From an uncultured Methanosarcinaceae archaeon (lineage in GTDB: Archaea > Halobacteriota > Methanosarcinia > Methanosarcinales > Methanosarcinaceae): 64,000 nucleotides of DNA. The notes beneath the pieces are model-generated. The model was not told the DNA's origin. It saw nothing but the letters and a program-made list of their open reading frames with translations, and did no database searches. The DNA lies in NCBI GenBank assembly GCA_963727895.1, contig CAVSHT010000008.1:1-64000 (forward strand). Direction: 5' to 3'. Below, in pieces: positions 21,554 to 32,530 of this stretch (position 1 is its first letter; the number at the start of each line of letters is the position of its first letter). A program made the position numbers and the translations under genes.

Positions 21554-21997
21554 TTATTTTTGCCACCTATAGTGAATTCCTCGTTTTGAAAGCCATTTTT
21601 CTGAACCATATTTGCCAATTAAGTCTAAGTGGTAATCTAGATTCGGATGCACGGATCTCAAATAATCAAGTTTATTACAGCTATAGCGATCACTGCACTC
21701 CCAGCACCCGAGGTATCTTTTACTTTGAGCACACTTCCTAATCTCGCAGACAGGTTTCCCACCTCCTTCTCTGCAAGGTACAGGGCATTTTAATGATTTG
21801 ATTTCCTTAAGTACTTTGATAAATACCGGATATTCTTCAAATACAGGATTTTTCTCAGCTTTAAGCTTTGCATACTCATCAAACTGAAGATCGGAAAGCA
21901 TTTCTTCAAGCTTATGAACGAGATCAAAAAAATCCTTGTTAGAAGGGATGCAATCGACGCAACATAAACCACACCAAGCTGTGAACTTTTCATTCAT
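21554..21997 (-). CDS. DUF3795-type Cys-rich protein
   Basis: CGLCCxxC ... CxxxCR..C.IRKCA..K...GCWEC pattern. Confidence 0.8.
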   Translation of the reverse strand: MNEKFTAWCGLCCVDCIPSNKDFFDLVHKLEEMLSDLQFDEYAKLKAEKNPVFEEYPVFIKVLKEIKSLKCPVPCREGGGKPVCEIRKCAQSKRYLGCWECSDRYSCNKLDYLRSVHPNLDYHLDLIGKYGSEKWLSKRGIHYRWQK

Positions 21998-22299
21998 CTT
22001 TTTACCTCAAGAGAGAGTAATGTTAATCTCAAAGTATGCTATCAAAATTATATATTACACGTATTCTTCTTTATAATATATATTATCTGAATATCCAATA
22101 GTTTCCGAATTAAGTTCATGGTCCTGTAAAATATTTGAAGTACACAATAGTAATATAAGTTTGATTTTTCACAGATCAACAGATTGATTAAGTGGAATAG
22201 CTTCAATTGAGTTCAGCGATACCAAACAGTTGGTCTGAGATAAGCAGTGTTTAATTGCAACCTCTATTTTTTGGCTAGATTTATAGGAAATGATTTATA

Positions 22300-22752
22300 A
22301 TGTCAAGCAAGACAACATTCGAAATAGAAGACAAGTGTCTTCCTCCTTTCTTCGTAAAGCAGAAAGTCTCTATTGAAAAAGGAGAAGGAATTTATGTATG
22401 GGACGAAGAAGGGAAAAAGTATATTGATTTCACAGCAGGTTGGGGTGTGACATGTATTGGTCATGCAAACCCGGTAATCACTGATGCTCTTATTGATCAG
22501 GGAAGAAAGATAATCCAAAATCCCAATTCAGGACTTACATATTCTCCTGCACGTGCACGTCTATTGTCCTTGCTGACAGAAATTCTGCCTTCTAATCTTA
22601 CAAGAGTATTTTTCACAAATAGTGGAGCTGAAGCAAACGATGCTGCCATTAAACTTGCTCGAAAAGTAACAGGCAGACCTGATATCATTTCTATGGATCA
22701 AAGTTTTCATGGGCGTACTATCAGTACGACATCGGCTACAGGCCAGGCAAAG
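22300..22752 (+). pseudogene. Class III PLP aminotransferase (ArgD-like), 3'-truncated by IS6
   Basis: GEGIYVWD..GKKYIDF..G, FFTNSGAEAND, SFHGRT; cut at 22753 before the PLP-binding lysine. Confidence 0.9.
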
Positions 22753-23609
22753 GGTTCCGTTGCAAAAAATATCTGCTAAGGATATAATTAAAATAAAAAT
22801 GAAATCAAAGATAGTGATATGCTATCTAATTCCTTTAAATGGAAGCACTTTGTAGGTGAAATTATTTTATTGAATGTTAGATGGTACTTAAAATACCCAC
22901 TTAGTTATAGAAATTTAAAGGAAATGATGGCAGAAAGAGGGATAATAGTCAACCATACAACCATTATGAGATGGGTACATCAATATTCACCTGAAATCGA
23001 AAAGAAGGTCAGAAGGCATTTAAGACCAACAAACGACTCTTGGAGAGTTGATGAAACTTATATCAGAGTTAAAGGTGAATGGAAATATTTTTACCGAGCA
23101 GTTGACTCAAATGGAGATACAATTGATTTCATGTTAAGTGCAAAACGAAATAAAAAAACAGCGAACAGATTCTTCAAAAAAGCTTTGAACTCTAATCATA
23201 ATCAAATTCCAAGAGTAATCACAGTTGACAAAAATCCAGCTTATCCACCTGCTATAGATAAACTGAAAAATGATAAAATACTACCTATAAACGTAGGCAT
23301 TCGACAAATCAAATATTTGAATAACATTATAGAACAGGATCATAGATCCATTAAACGAATAGTTAATCCAATGTTAGGATTTCAGTCTTTTCATACAGCC
23401 ATTAAAACTTTAAAAGGAATTGAAGCGATGAATATGATTAAAAAAGGACAAATCAAGAACTTAAATTACTCTGGCTTTAATGAAGCTAAATATATTAATC
23501 AATTATTTGGAATAGTTCTATAATATTGACATATCTTTTTGAATATTTTAACTTTTATTCATTATTCATAGATTTACAGGCTTATTCTAAGATTTTTTGC
23601 AACGGAACC
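22753..23609 (+). mobile_element. IS6-family element copy 4, transposase 22819..23523
   Basis: TIRs and intact transposase; no TSD. Confidence 0.97.
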
Positions 23610-23612
23610 CAA

Positions 23613-23670
23613 AGAAGTTATTCAGAGAAGTTATTCAGAGAAGTTATTCAGAGAAGTTATTCAGAGAAGT
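23613..23670. repeat. 13-bp tandem repeat (AGAAGTTATTCAG)x4 plus a partial copy
   Basis: Seen directly; no spacers. Confidence 0.95.
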
Positions 23671-23797
23671 CATTTAAACCCTTGATAAATACTATCAAAG
23701 TTTCAATATTTGAATCTTCACAAAGCTTTAGATAAAATGTTAAGATGAATAAAAAAGCCGACCCTTACTTATACCGGAAAGTGCATAACGATCTTTA

Positions 23798-24655
23798 ATG
23801 AAAGTCATTTCAGTTGTTGGGTATAAAAAATCGGGTAAAACATCCGTAGTTTCAGCCCTTGTCCGAAATCTTTCAGGGTTTGGGACCGTAGGCACTATAA
23901 AACATATGGGTGAGCAGAGACTCAATCCAGAAGAGACCGATACAGGCAGGCATTTTGATGCTGGGGCTGACATGGTAATAGGAATAACAGGTACGGAAAC
24001 AACAGGTACTGAACTTGTCAGCTTTTCCAGAGACTTGAACCTTGAAGACGCTCTTGATATGCTTTGCGACCAGGGGTTTGATTTTGCTGTGGTTGAGGGA
24101 TTTAAGAAAAGCAATCTTCCAAAAATTGTAATTGGAGACCTTCTTGGCGTTTCAAACATCATTTTCAGGATACCGGTAGATATTGACATGCATGAGGAAC
24201 TTACAGCTTCTCTTGTAGGAGTAGCCCTCGCCCAGCCTGACCGGTACACTCTGGAAGCCCTTGTAAAGAAAGCCAGAAAAAATCCTATAATCAGAAAAGC
24301 AGGTGCAATTGGCACTTTTACTGGCATAGTCCGTGAGCTTGATGGAGAAGAGAAAACTTCCAGGCTTGAATTTGAAAAATACGAACCAGAAGCTTCAAAA
24401 GTTCTTGACCAGATCCGAGAAGAACTCAAACGAAAAGAAGGCATCCTTGAAGTCCTGATCCACCACAAAACAGGCGTGATCAAAACCGGAGAAGACATAG
24501 TATACATCGTTATCGCAGCCGCTCACAGGACAGAGCTTTTCCCTGTCTTAAGCGAAGCAATAGAACGCATAAAAGCCGAAGCTCCAATCTGGAAGAAGGA
24601 ATTCACGGAAAAAGAAGAATTTTGGGTCCACGATAGGGAACATCCTGAAAATTAA
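23798..24655 (+). CDS. moaE: MobB-MoaE fusion (molybdopterin synthase large subunit with MobB domain)
   Basis: N-terminal VVGYKKSGKT P-loop and VEGFK; C-terminal GAIGTFTGIVR..IK.EAPIWKKE. Confidence 0.93.
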   Translation: MKVISVVGYKKSGKTSVVSALVRNLSGFGTVGTIKHMGEQRLNPEETDTGRHFDAGADMVIGITGTETTGTELVSFSRDLNLEDALDMLCDQGFDFAVVEGFKKSNLPKIVIGDLLGVSNIIFRIPVDIDMHEELTASLVGVALAQPDRYTLEALVKKARKNPIIRKAGAIGTFTGIVRELDGEEKTSRLEFEKYEPEASKVLDQIREELKRKEGILEVLIHHKTGVIKTGEDIVYIVIAAAHRTELFPVLSEAIERIKAEAPIWKKEFTEKEEFWVHDREHPEN

Positions 24656-24714
24656 AAAAATGAATCAAAGCAGAAAAGAAACCGAAATTAGAGAAAAATC
24701 CCGGAAATGATTTA

Positions 24715-25437
24715 ATGGGTGAAAAAACAGACCTCAAAGAAACCGAATTTAAAGAATCAGAATTTAAAAACCCAAAGCCTGCGAAAGAGCAAAAAAAATT
24801 AAGAAGCGCCATCGTACTGGCAGGCGGCAGAGGCAAACGGATGGGCACGGTCGAAAAAGTCCTTCTTGAATTCGAAGGAAAAACGATTCTTGAGCGTCTG
24901 CTGGAAAGCCTTTTTCAGGTTGTGGATGAGGTTATTGTCTCGTTTCGGGACAAAAATCAGGAAGAAAAGTTCAGACCTGTGCTTGAAAAGTTTCCCACCC
25001 GTGAAATCCGTTTCTGTTTCGATACTCTGGAAGATGTCGGTCCTCTTGAAGGAATCAGGGCTGGACTTCTTGAATCCAGATCCGAATATTCTTTTGTCTG
25101 CGCAGGCGATATGCCTTTTGTAAATTTAAGGGTTGTAGATCTGCTTTTTGAAAAAGCAATCGGACACGATGCTGCCCTTCCAAAATGGGAAGATGGAAAA
25201 TTTGAGCCTCTACATGCAGTTTATTCAAAAAAAATGATTTCTGAAATTGAAAAAGCCTTTAAGAACGGAAAACGTTCAGTACTGACATCGGTTCTTGAAA
25301 TGAAGGATGTAGTTTTTGTTGAGGTTTCAGAAATTCAAGAAATTGATCCTGAACTGAGGATTTTTGTGAATATAAATACGGTTGATGAGATGCAACGTAT
25401 TATAGAGCTTTCGAACAAAAAAGAAAACTCAAAATAA
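24715..25437 (+). CDS. mobA: Molybdenum cofactor guanylyltransferase
   Basis: LAGGRGKRMG..K, GPLEGI, GDMPF, EPLHAVY, NINT. Confidence 0.95.
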   Translation: MGEKTDLKETEFKESEFKNPKPAKEQKKLRSAIVLAGGRGKRMGTVEKVLLEFEGKTILERLLESLFQVVDEVIVSFRDKNQEEKFRPVLEKFPTREIRFCFDTLEDVGPLEGIRAGLLESRSEYSFVCAGDMPFVNLRVVDLLFEKAIGHDAALPKWEDGKFEPLHAVYSKKMISEIEKAFKNGKRSVLTSVLEMKDVVFVEVSEIQEIDPELRIFVNINTVDEMQRIIELSNKKENSK

Positions 25438-25467
25438 ATTCGATCACAAGTTTAGGATAATTTTTGG

Positions 25468-26324
25468 GGTTCCGTTGCAAAAAATATCTGCTAAGGATAT
25501 AATTAAAATAAAAATGAAATCAAAGATAGTGATATGCTATCTAATTCCTTTAAATGGAAGCACTTTGTTGGTGAAATTATTTTATTGAATGTTAGATGGT
25601 ACTTAAAATACCCACTTAGTTATAGAAATTTAAAGGAAATGATGGCAGAAAGAGGGATAATAGTCAACCATACAACCATTATGAGATGGGTACATCAATA
25701 TTCCCCTGAAATAAAAAAGAGGATAAGAGGACATTTAAGACAAACAAACAATTCATGGAGAATTGATGAAACTTATATTAAAGTAAAAGGTGAATGAAAA
25801 TATTTTTACCGAGCAGTTGACTCAAATGGAGATACAATCGATTTCATGTTAAGTGCAAAACGAAATAAAAAAGCAGCAAAACGTTTCTTTAAGAAAGCTT
25901 TGAACTCTAATCATAATCAAATTCCAAGAGTAATCACAGTTGACAAAAATCCAGCTTATCCACCTGCTATAGATAAACTGAAAAATGATAAAATACTACC
26001 TATAAACGTAGGCATTCGACAAATCAAATATTTGAATAACATTATAGAACAAGATCATAGATCCATTAAACGAATAGTTAATCCAATGTTAGGATTTCAG
26101 TCTTTTCATACAGCCATTAAAACTTTAAAAGAAATTGAAGCTATGAATATGATTAAAAAAGGACAAATCAAGAACTTAAATTACTCTGGCTTTAATGAAG
26201 CTAAATATATTAATCAATTATTTGGAATAGTTCTATAATATTGACATATCTTTTTGAATATTTTAACTTTTATTCATTATTCATAGATTTACAGGCTTAT
26301 TCTAAGATTTTTTGCAACGGAACC
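25468..26324 (+). mobile_element. IS6-family element copy 5, transposase inactivated (TGG>TGA at 25795)
   Basis: TIRs; ORFs 25534..25797 and 25846..26238 in the same frame. Confidence 0.95.
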
Positions 26325-26460
26325 ATAATAAGTATATTTTGGGACATTTCGTTATAATTTATCGTGTTAGCATGTGGTATGTTAACATACATTTTTTAAT
26401 AACACAAAGTCTAACATTATATAGTAGGTATAAACAAAAAATACCAGAACAAATTTTAAA

Positions 26461-26572
26461 GCCGGTAATCAGGCTGGATTACTGGTCTTATATAAAGAGC
26501 CAAAATTGGCTTCTTTCATTCGACGAGATGTGAGGGGTTTTACAACCCTTTCCCCTCTCTTCATATTCTTAC
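26461..26572 (+). ncRNA. Candidate small structured RNA
   Basis: Three adjacent hairpins with G-U pairs on the + strand, in an otherwise AT-rich intergenic region. Confidence 0.3.
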
Positions 26573-26892
26573 CAGTCTTTCTCATTTTATGAATATTTCA
26601 TTTTGACCCAGCTTTTTTGTTGATTTGTGTTAACTTCTAGAAAAACTAGATATTTTTTGTGCAAAAAAGCCTGATTTTCGTTGCAATAAACTTTTATTAG
26701 TATTGATACATAAATAAAACTTCATTAACAAATGAACTATAAAAACAAAAACATTCAAAAAAATCTATGAGATAATACCTCAAAAATCTTGATTTATATT
26801 AAAAATTGATTCATGCAAAAAATCGTGTTTTTCAAACATGATTATACAAAATATTTTTTTGCACAGAGAACACTTTTACTTAGTGACATTGT

Positions 26893-27171
26893 TTATATAG
26901 AGTGGATCTGATTTACGTGCCTTTTTATATCATAAAGGCTTTGGCGTGAATCAAGAAAATAAAAACGTTCCGTAAGAACATTTTCTTTCTTTAGCCTGCT
27001 TATTGCATATCTCACTGTACGCGGAGGAAGTATTGTTTCACGAATTATGTCCTTCTGTGTCATCTGCCCCTTTGCCTCAAGTGTTTTGAATACCAGCTTT
27101 GCTGACGGAGGTAGTTTTTCAAGTTTTTCATAATTTATATCGTTCAGAGTTTCTTTTTCAACAAAAACGAT
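26893..27171 (-). CDS. Small winged-helix (MarR-like) transcriptional regulator; start codon unclear
   Basis: Hand translation ...LEKLPPSAKLVFKTLEAKGQMTQKDIIRETILPPRTVRYAISRLKKENVLTERFYFLDSRQSLY; absent from the ORF track. Confidence 0.8.
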   Translation of the reverse strand: MVFVEKETLNDINYEKLEKLPPSAKLVFKTLEAKGQMTQKDIIRETILPPRTVRYAISRLKKENVLTERFYFLDSRQSLYDIKRHVNQIHSI

Positions 27172-27651
27172 CCCTCATAGTGAATCACCAATGCCATAGA
27201 GAATTTCTTTATGTTTAAATATTTTGGCTCAAATTTGAAAACTATGTATCAAAAGGGCATATGTTAAATTTAAAAGTCCAAATACAAAATAATTAGCCAC
27301 AATTAATTATACAACTGTACCTTCCAGTACCCCAAAAGTAAAACAGCTCGAAAATTGATATCAGAAAATTGATATAAAGATTTCAAAATAAGGATAATTG
27401 AAGTTGAGACTTCAATAGATGAAGAATTTGTTAGTAACAATAAATTCAAATATACCATCCATATATGAGGCTGCAAAGTTATGGAAACCACTCTAAATCA
27501 GTTTCAAGAGCCTGAAATTATAAATAACAATGCATCAGGCTGCTTGTTTAAGTTAATGGAGTTTATGACTTCATGTGATTTCTATAGAGCTCTTATTAGA
27601 GCTCTGAAATCACCAGATAGAGATTAAAGCTTTGAAATTCTCAGACAGAAA

Positions 27652-28116
27652 TTATAGCTTTAAAATTCCCATATCGAGACTTAGGGATATAATTATTGCA
27701 ACAATTGAAAGCACTGAAATGATCAGGTAATTTGCACGCTCTTTTGACACCGAAAGACTGCACAGCAAATATTCCAGTCCTTCAAAGTCATTCTCAGAAA
27801 GTTTTTGTCGATTTTTGACTTTTTCCAGCAGATCCAGGTTTTTGACAACGCCAATCCGTCTCTTTGCAATATGGTATCTGTGCGTGAAAAACCAGAGGTA
27901 ACCAACGACTCCAATATACCAGATTGCTTTTCCCCAGAAAACACTGCAATGGTTAGCTATAACTATGCTTCTTAATAGTATGGCAGAAATCAATCCAATG
28001 TAAAAGTATAAATTGATTACTGGCATCCCGTATCTACGCGGAACTTCAAATATTGGAGTTTTAGATTTAAATTCGATCATCGTTTCCCCTACCTGATTCT
28101 TTGAGAATATCTCCAT
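27652..28116 (-). CDS. Hypothetical three-TM membrane protein
   Basis: 154-aa ORF with three hydrophobic helices; IS1 inserted at its start. Confidence 0.75.
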   Translation of the reverse strand: MEIFSKNQVGETMIEFKSKTPIFEVPRRYGMPVINLYFYIGLISAILLRSIVIANHCSVFWGKAIWYIGVVGYLWFFTHRYHIAKRRIGVVKNLDLLEKVKNRQKLSENDFEGLEYLLCSLSVSKERANYLIISVLSIVAIIISLSLDMGILKL

Positions 28117-28118
28117 TT

Positions 28119-28858
28119 GGCATTGGTAATTAAAAATAGATATATATGCTTATAACATATATTTCTTCATTAACTGCCCCAGATGCAATAGTTCTAATTA
28201 CAAAAAGAATGGTATAGTTGGCGGGCGTCAACGGTACAAATGCTCTGATTGTGGCTATAACTATACGGTAGAGCTAAAATCAACTGCTTTTTCCGCTTCT
28301 GTAAAAAGACAGGCTTTACAACTTTACCTTGAAGGATTAGGCTTTCGTTCAATAGGAAGATTTTTAGGGGTGAGTCATGTTTCTGTCCAAAGATGGATCA
28401 AGAAATTTGGTCAGGAGTTAGAGGACCTAAAAAGTGAAAATGAGATATCTATTGTTGAAATGGATAAAATGCACACTTACATCGGTAACAAAAAAAATAT
28501 TGCTGGATCTGGATTGCTGTTGATAGAGTTGGGAAAAAGTTCATCAACTGCTCTTTTGGTAGCAGAGGAACAGAAGCTGGAAAACTACTCTGGGAAAAAT
28601 TGAAGAAAAAAGAGATTGGAGAAGTGATGACAGATCACTGGAGAGCATATGCAGAGTTTCTTCCTGAAAAGAGTCATACTCAATCAAAAGCAGAAACATT
28701 TACAGTTGAGGGATATAACAGCATATTGAGGCATTTTCTAGCAAGATTGAGAAGAAAGACAAAGTGTTATACAAAAAGTCTTGAAATGCTAAAGTACTCG
28801 GTTATTCTATTGATGAAATACAGAAATAAAGAGTTAAATATGTTTAGTTAACAATACC
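28119..28858 (+). mobile_element. IS1-family element (InsA/InsB; insA start codon ATT)
   Basis: Ends GGCATTG.../...CAATACC; 8-bp TSD CTCCATTT; A8 slippery site at ~28490. Confidence 0.95.
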
Positions 28859-29685
28859 CTCCATTTTTATCTCCAGTTATTATTTTGAATATATTTTTTT
28901 CAATTTACTCAGATTTTTCAATATATTATTTTCATGCTCCACCTTTACACCGGAAGTTAAAATCCGGTTGACTACTTCATATTATAACTAGTTTTCCAGT
29001 AATGAAAATAAAATTTTCTAGTAATGAAGATCAAAATTACACTACCTGATAAAAAATATTAGATATAATTGTTTATTACACATACAAACAGGAAGTCGAA
29101 TACACAGCATCCGTATAGAAAAACTAATTTTTTGATTATGCAAAAAAACTCTCTAAATCAAGAATGGAAAACTGAATTATAACCCAAATGTGACAGAAGC
29201 TTAAATATTAATATGAATAACTCCGCCATACGCTTATGTTTTTCTCTACAATTATAATTTAGATACTATGTTCTTTGATTTTTTTATATTTTCATTTTTC
29301 CAATAAATTCTATGCCGAAGTAAGGTGTTTTTGTAATAATAAACTTTATAAATTAAAAACTTCTGTTATATTAAGGTTATAAATCACAAATTGTATGTAA
29401 ATAACAAATTATGTGCGGTTGCACAAACGTTCTAGAATTGAATGTTACTACGACTTGCATTCAGTTATCATAAATCAGTTATCATAAATACTAATTGTTA
29501 TTAAATTTCCATGATGTGGTAATTAAAACTTCAGACTATATACATAATTCAGTGATTTTATACATAATTCAGTGATTTTTTTAATATTGAAGCGAAGTTC
29601 TAGTGAAACATTCTGAAATATCTAATAATATGAAATAAATAAAAAAGAGAAAAATAGAATTTTGAAATGCTTAAGGCTTCTTACA

Positions 29686-30420
29686 TTAATTTTCAGCGAC
29701 CAGTTCAGGATTTCCATTTGAAAAGACTCTGGAAACCCTTACTTTCCATTTTCCATCTAAATTATCTTTGTTGGCTTGAATGAGATTATAACATTGCTTG
29801 GTCTTTCCCCTGGTTTTTGAAGAACAGAAAGTACCTGCATTTACCACAAGCATGTTGTTAAGGTTCCATACCCAAGGAATATGACAATGCCCGCAAAGGA
29901 CAAGATTCACCTTGCAGCGGTTTAGAAGTTCAAGTACATCGCCTGCATCTACAAGAACTGTGTTTTCTCTGCCAGCCAGAGGTATGGGAACAAGATGGTG
30001 GTGCATGGCAAAAACCTTGAAATTTTCCCTGGAAAAAGCTTCTTTAATCCAGCCATAGTTTTCCCTGCCAAGATGACCTTCATCAATATCGGGCTGTGAA
30101 GAATCAGCTCCTACAACTGTAATATCCTTAATATTTCTCGAAAAGTACCGGTTTTTGAACATGTCTTCAAAGTGCACGTACCCTGCATTTTTGGAATCAT
30201 GATTGCCCGGAACAAGGATTTTATCCTTACATTCAATCTTATCAATAAATTGCTTTACTCCATCATATTCTGCTGAAAACCCATTCTCAGTAAGGTCACC
30301 AGTAATCACAACAAGATCAGGATTCAGCCTATTTATGCTGTTAACCATAGAATCTGCAACTTCTTGAACAAAATATGCATCTGAATAATGAATATCGGAA
30401 AGATGTACGATTTGTATAAT
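29686..30420 (-). CDS. Metallophosphoesterase (calcineurin-like, CpdA/Icc type)
   Basis: HLSDIH (upstream of the ORF-track ATG), TGDLT, PGNHD, HHH and GHCH motifs. Confidence 0.92.
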   Translation of the reverse strand: MIQIVHLSDIHYSDAYFVQEVADSMVNSINRLNPDLVVITGDLTENGFSAEYDGVKQFIDKIECKDKILVPGNHDSKNAGYVHFEDMFKNRYFSRNIKDITVVGADSSQPDIDEGHLGRENYGWIKEAFSRENFKVFAMHHHLVPIPLAGRENTVLVDAGDVLELLNRCKVNLVLCGHCHIPWVWNLNNMLVVNAGTFCSSKTRGKTKQCYNLIQANKDNLDGKWKVRVSRVFSNGNPELVAEN

Positions 30421-30823
30421 TTTTTATTCCTCTTTATATAAATATTAATATTTCTCTTTTTTGTTATACTCCGAACATAGGATTTCTGTGCTATTATATA
30501 TAGTTACCTCACAAAATTCTCATATTTACAAATATCTAATTATAATTCATTAAAAAATGAAGTTTAAATCTCAAATCCGGTCTCATTCACTATAAATATA
30601 TATCTAATATTTATTCATGATAGAATCTATATAAATTTCAAATTTAACTTTCTGGATATTTAAGCTGCCCACTTTGGTATTAGATACCAGTAGTTGAGCG
30701 CGCAGAAAACTTTTTCATACGAATTCCAAATTAAAATTTGAGAAGTAAAATTTGAGAAAAAGACATGATTTTTAGAAAAATGGTTCGTTAGAGCACAAAC
30801 ATTGAGCTGCCTGACCAAAGTCA

Positions 30824-31011
30824 TTGCGCCGATTTATCATGTCGACGAACAGTAAATTTACTATATAAATCAGCCCTCTTGAACGAAGCGAAAAAGGCTT
30901 CGTGCTGTCGCGACTACATCGCAACTCCCAGAAAATCGGAGATTTTCTGTAATCCCTAAGAACAATTTGGGCCGTCCTCCCGAGACGGGACTCGGGTGAT
31001 GGGACTCGGGC
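30824..31011. repeat. GC-rich intergenic repeat or hairpin element
   Basis: 23-nt motif shared with 20953-20975; hairpin CAGAAAATC-GGA-GATTTTCTG at 30929-30949; GGGACTCGGG x2. Confidence 0.55.
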
Positions 31012-31105
31012 AACAAATAAATTAATAATGAGTTATGACTATTCACCTACGTTTCAGCTTCATTCTTATATTTTTCATTTAATTTACTTTAATCAAGGTG
31101 AATTT

Positions 31106-32440
31106 ATGTCATTAGCAAAACTTAGAACACATTATACAGTCGATGTCAAGCCTGAAAAAGTTGACAACGGTCAGAAAATTACTTTGGCAGGCTGGGTCCA
31201 TGAGGTAAGAGACCTCGGAGGGATCTGTTTTGTAGTACTTCGAGATCGTGAAGGAAAAGCTCAGGTCACTCTTATAACTAAAAAAATTGATAAAGAGCTT
31301 TTTGATGCTGCAAGAAGGCTTATCCGTGAATCTGTAATCACAGTAACTGGCTCCGTTAAATTTGAAGAGAAAGCTCCAAACGGATACGAATTGCTTCCTG
31401 AAGAGATCACTGTCCTGAATATTGCAGATTCTCCATTGCCAATGGATACTACAGGTAAGGTGGAAGCTGAACTGGATACAAAGCTAGATTCACGATTTAT
31501 TGACCTCAGGCGGGCTGAGACTACTGCAGTTTTTAAAATAAGGCACCAGGCTCTCCAGGCGATCAGGGAATACTTTGTAGAAAACGGATTTATCGAAACC
31601 GCAACACCCAAGATCGTAGCGACTGCAACCGAGGGCGGTACCGCACTTTTCCCTATTACTTACTTTGACAGAGAAGCTTTTTTGAACCAGAGCCCTCAGC
31701 TCTTCAAGCAAATCCTTATGAGTGGCGGTTTTGACAGGGTTTTTGAGATAGGTCCTATTTTCAGGGCAGAAGAGCACGACACCCGCAGGCATTTGAATGA
31801 AGCTACTTCGATCGATGTTGAGGTAAGTTTTGCAGACCATTTCGATGTAATGGAGATTCTCGAAAACCTTGTGGCTTATGCCTACTCTCAGGTTATTGAA
31901 AAGTGTAAGTCTTCCCTTGAAACACTCGGAATTGAGCTAAAAGTTCCAAAAACTCCTTTCCTGAAGCTTACCTATGACGAAGTAATCGAGATAATAAACG
32001 CTCGTTCGGAAGAAAAAATGCATTGGGGAGATGATCTTGGTACTCTCGGAGAGCATATCGTGGGCAACTACGTATACGAGACAACAAGAGAATCTCATTA
32101 TTTTATCATCGATTGGCCAACTGAGATTAAACCTTTCTATGCCATGCCTTATGAAGACAGGCCGGAATTCAGCAAGTCCTTTGACATGATGCACCGAACA
32201 ATGGAACTCTCGTCTGGAGCTCAGCGTATTCATCTTCTTGATTTGCTTAAGAGCCGGATAGAATCACAGGGTCTGAACCCTGACGGGTTTGAGTTCTACC
32301 TTAAAGCTTTCGAATACGGAATGCCTCCACATGCAGGCTGGGGTATGGGTTGTGAACGTTTCATCATGACAATGCTTGGAACCGAAAACATAAGAGATAC
32401 CGTACTCTTCCCCAGGGATAGGAGAAGACTTTCTCCTTAA
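31106..32440 (+). CDS. aspS: Aspartate--tRNA(Asp/Asn) ligase, archaeal non-discriminating type
   Basis: [45 protein letters not shown]; start at ATG 31106 after GGTGA. Confidence 0.97.
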   Translation: MSLAKLRTHYTVDVKPEKVDNGQKITLAGWVHEVRDLGGICFVVLRDREGKAQVTLITKKIDKELFDAARRLIRESVITVTGSVKFEEKAPNGYELLPEEITVLNIADSPLPMDTTGKVEAELDTKLDSRFIDLRRAETTAVFKIRHQALQAIREYFVENGFIETATPKIVATATEGGTALFPITYFDREAFLNQSPQLFKQILMSGGFDRVFEIGPIFRAEEHDTRRHLNEATSIDVEVSFADHFDVMEILENLVAYAYSQVIEKCKSSLETLGIELKVPKTPFLKLTYDEVIEIINARSEEKMHWGDDLGTLGEHIVGNYVYETTRESHYFIIDWPTEIKPFYAMPYEDRPEFSKSFDMMHRTMELSSGAQRIHLLDLLKSRIESQGLNPDGFEFYLKAFEYGMPPHAGWGMGCERFIMTMLGTENIRDTVLFPRDRRRLSP

Positions 32441-32530
32441 ACTCCTTTTATTTTGAAGTTTCAAAATTTTCGGTTTATCTAAATTAAAATCTAATGATTT
32501 TATTCAGGGTTCAACCGGAAGGGAAAATAA

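Noticed and set aside
23613..23670. Possible CRISPR array
   Set aside because: 13-bp units are contiguous with no spacers and there are no cas genes; it is a simple tandem repeat
29461..29580. Short intergenic tandem duplications (also ~1466, ~7561, ~13693, ~48624)
   Set aside because: Two-copy slippage duplications with no shared consensus
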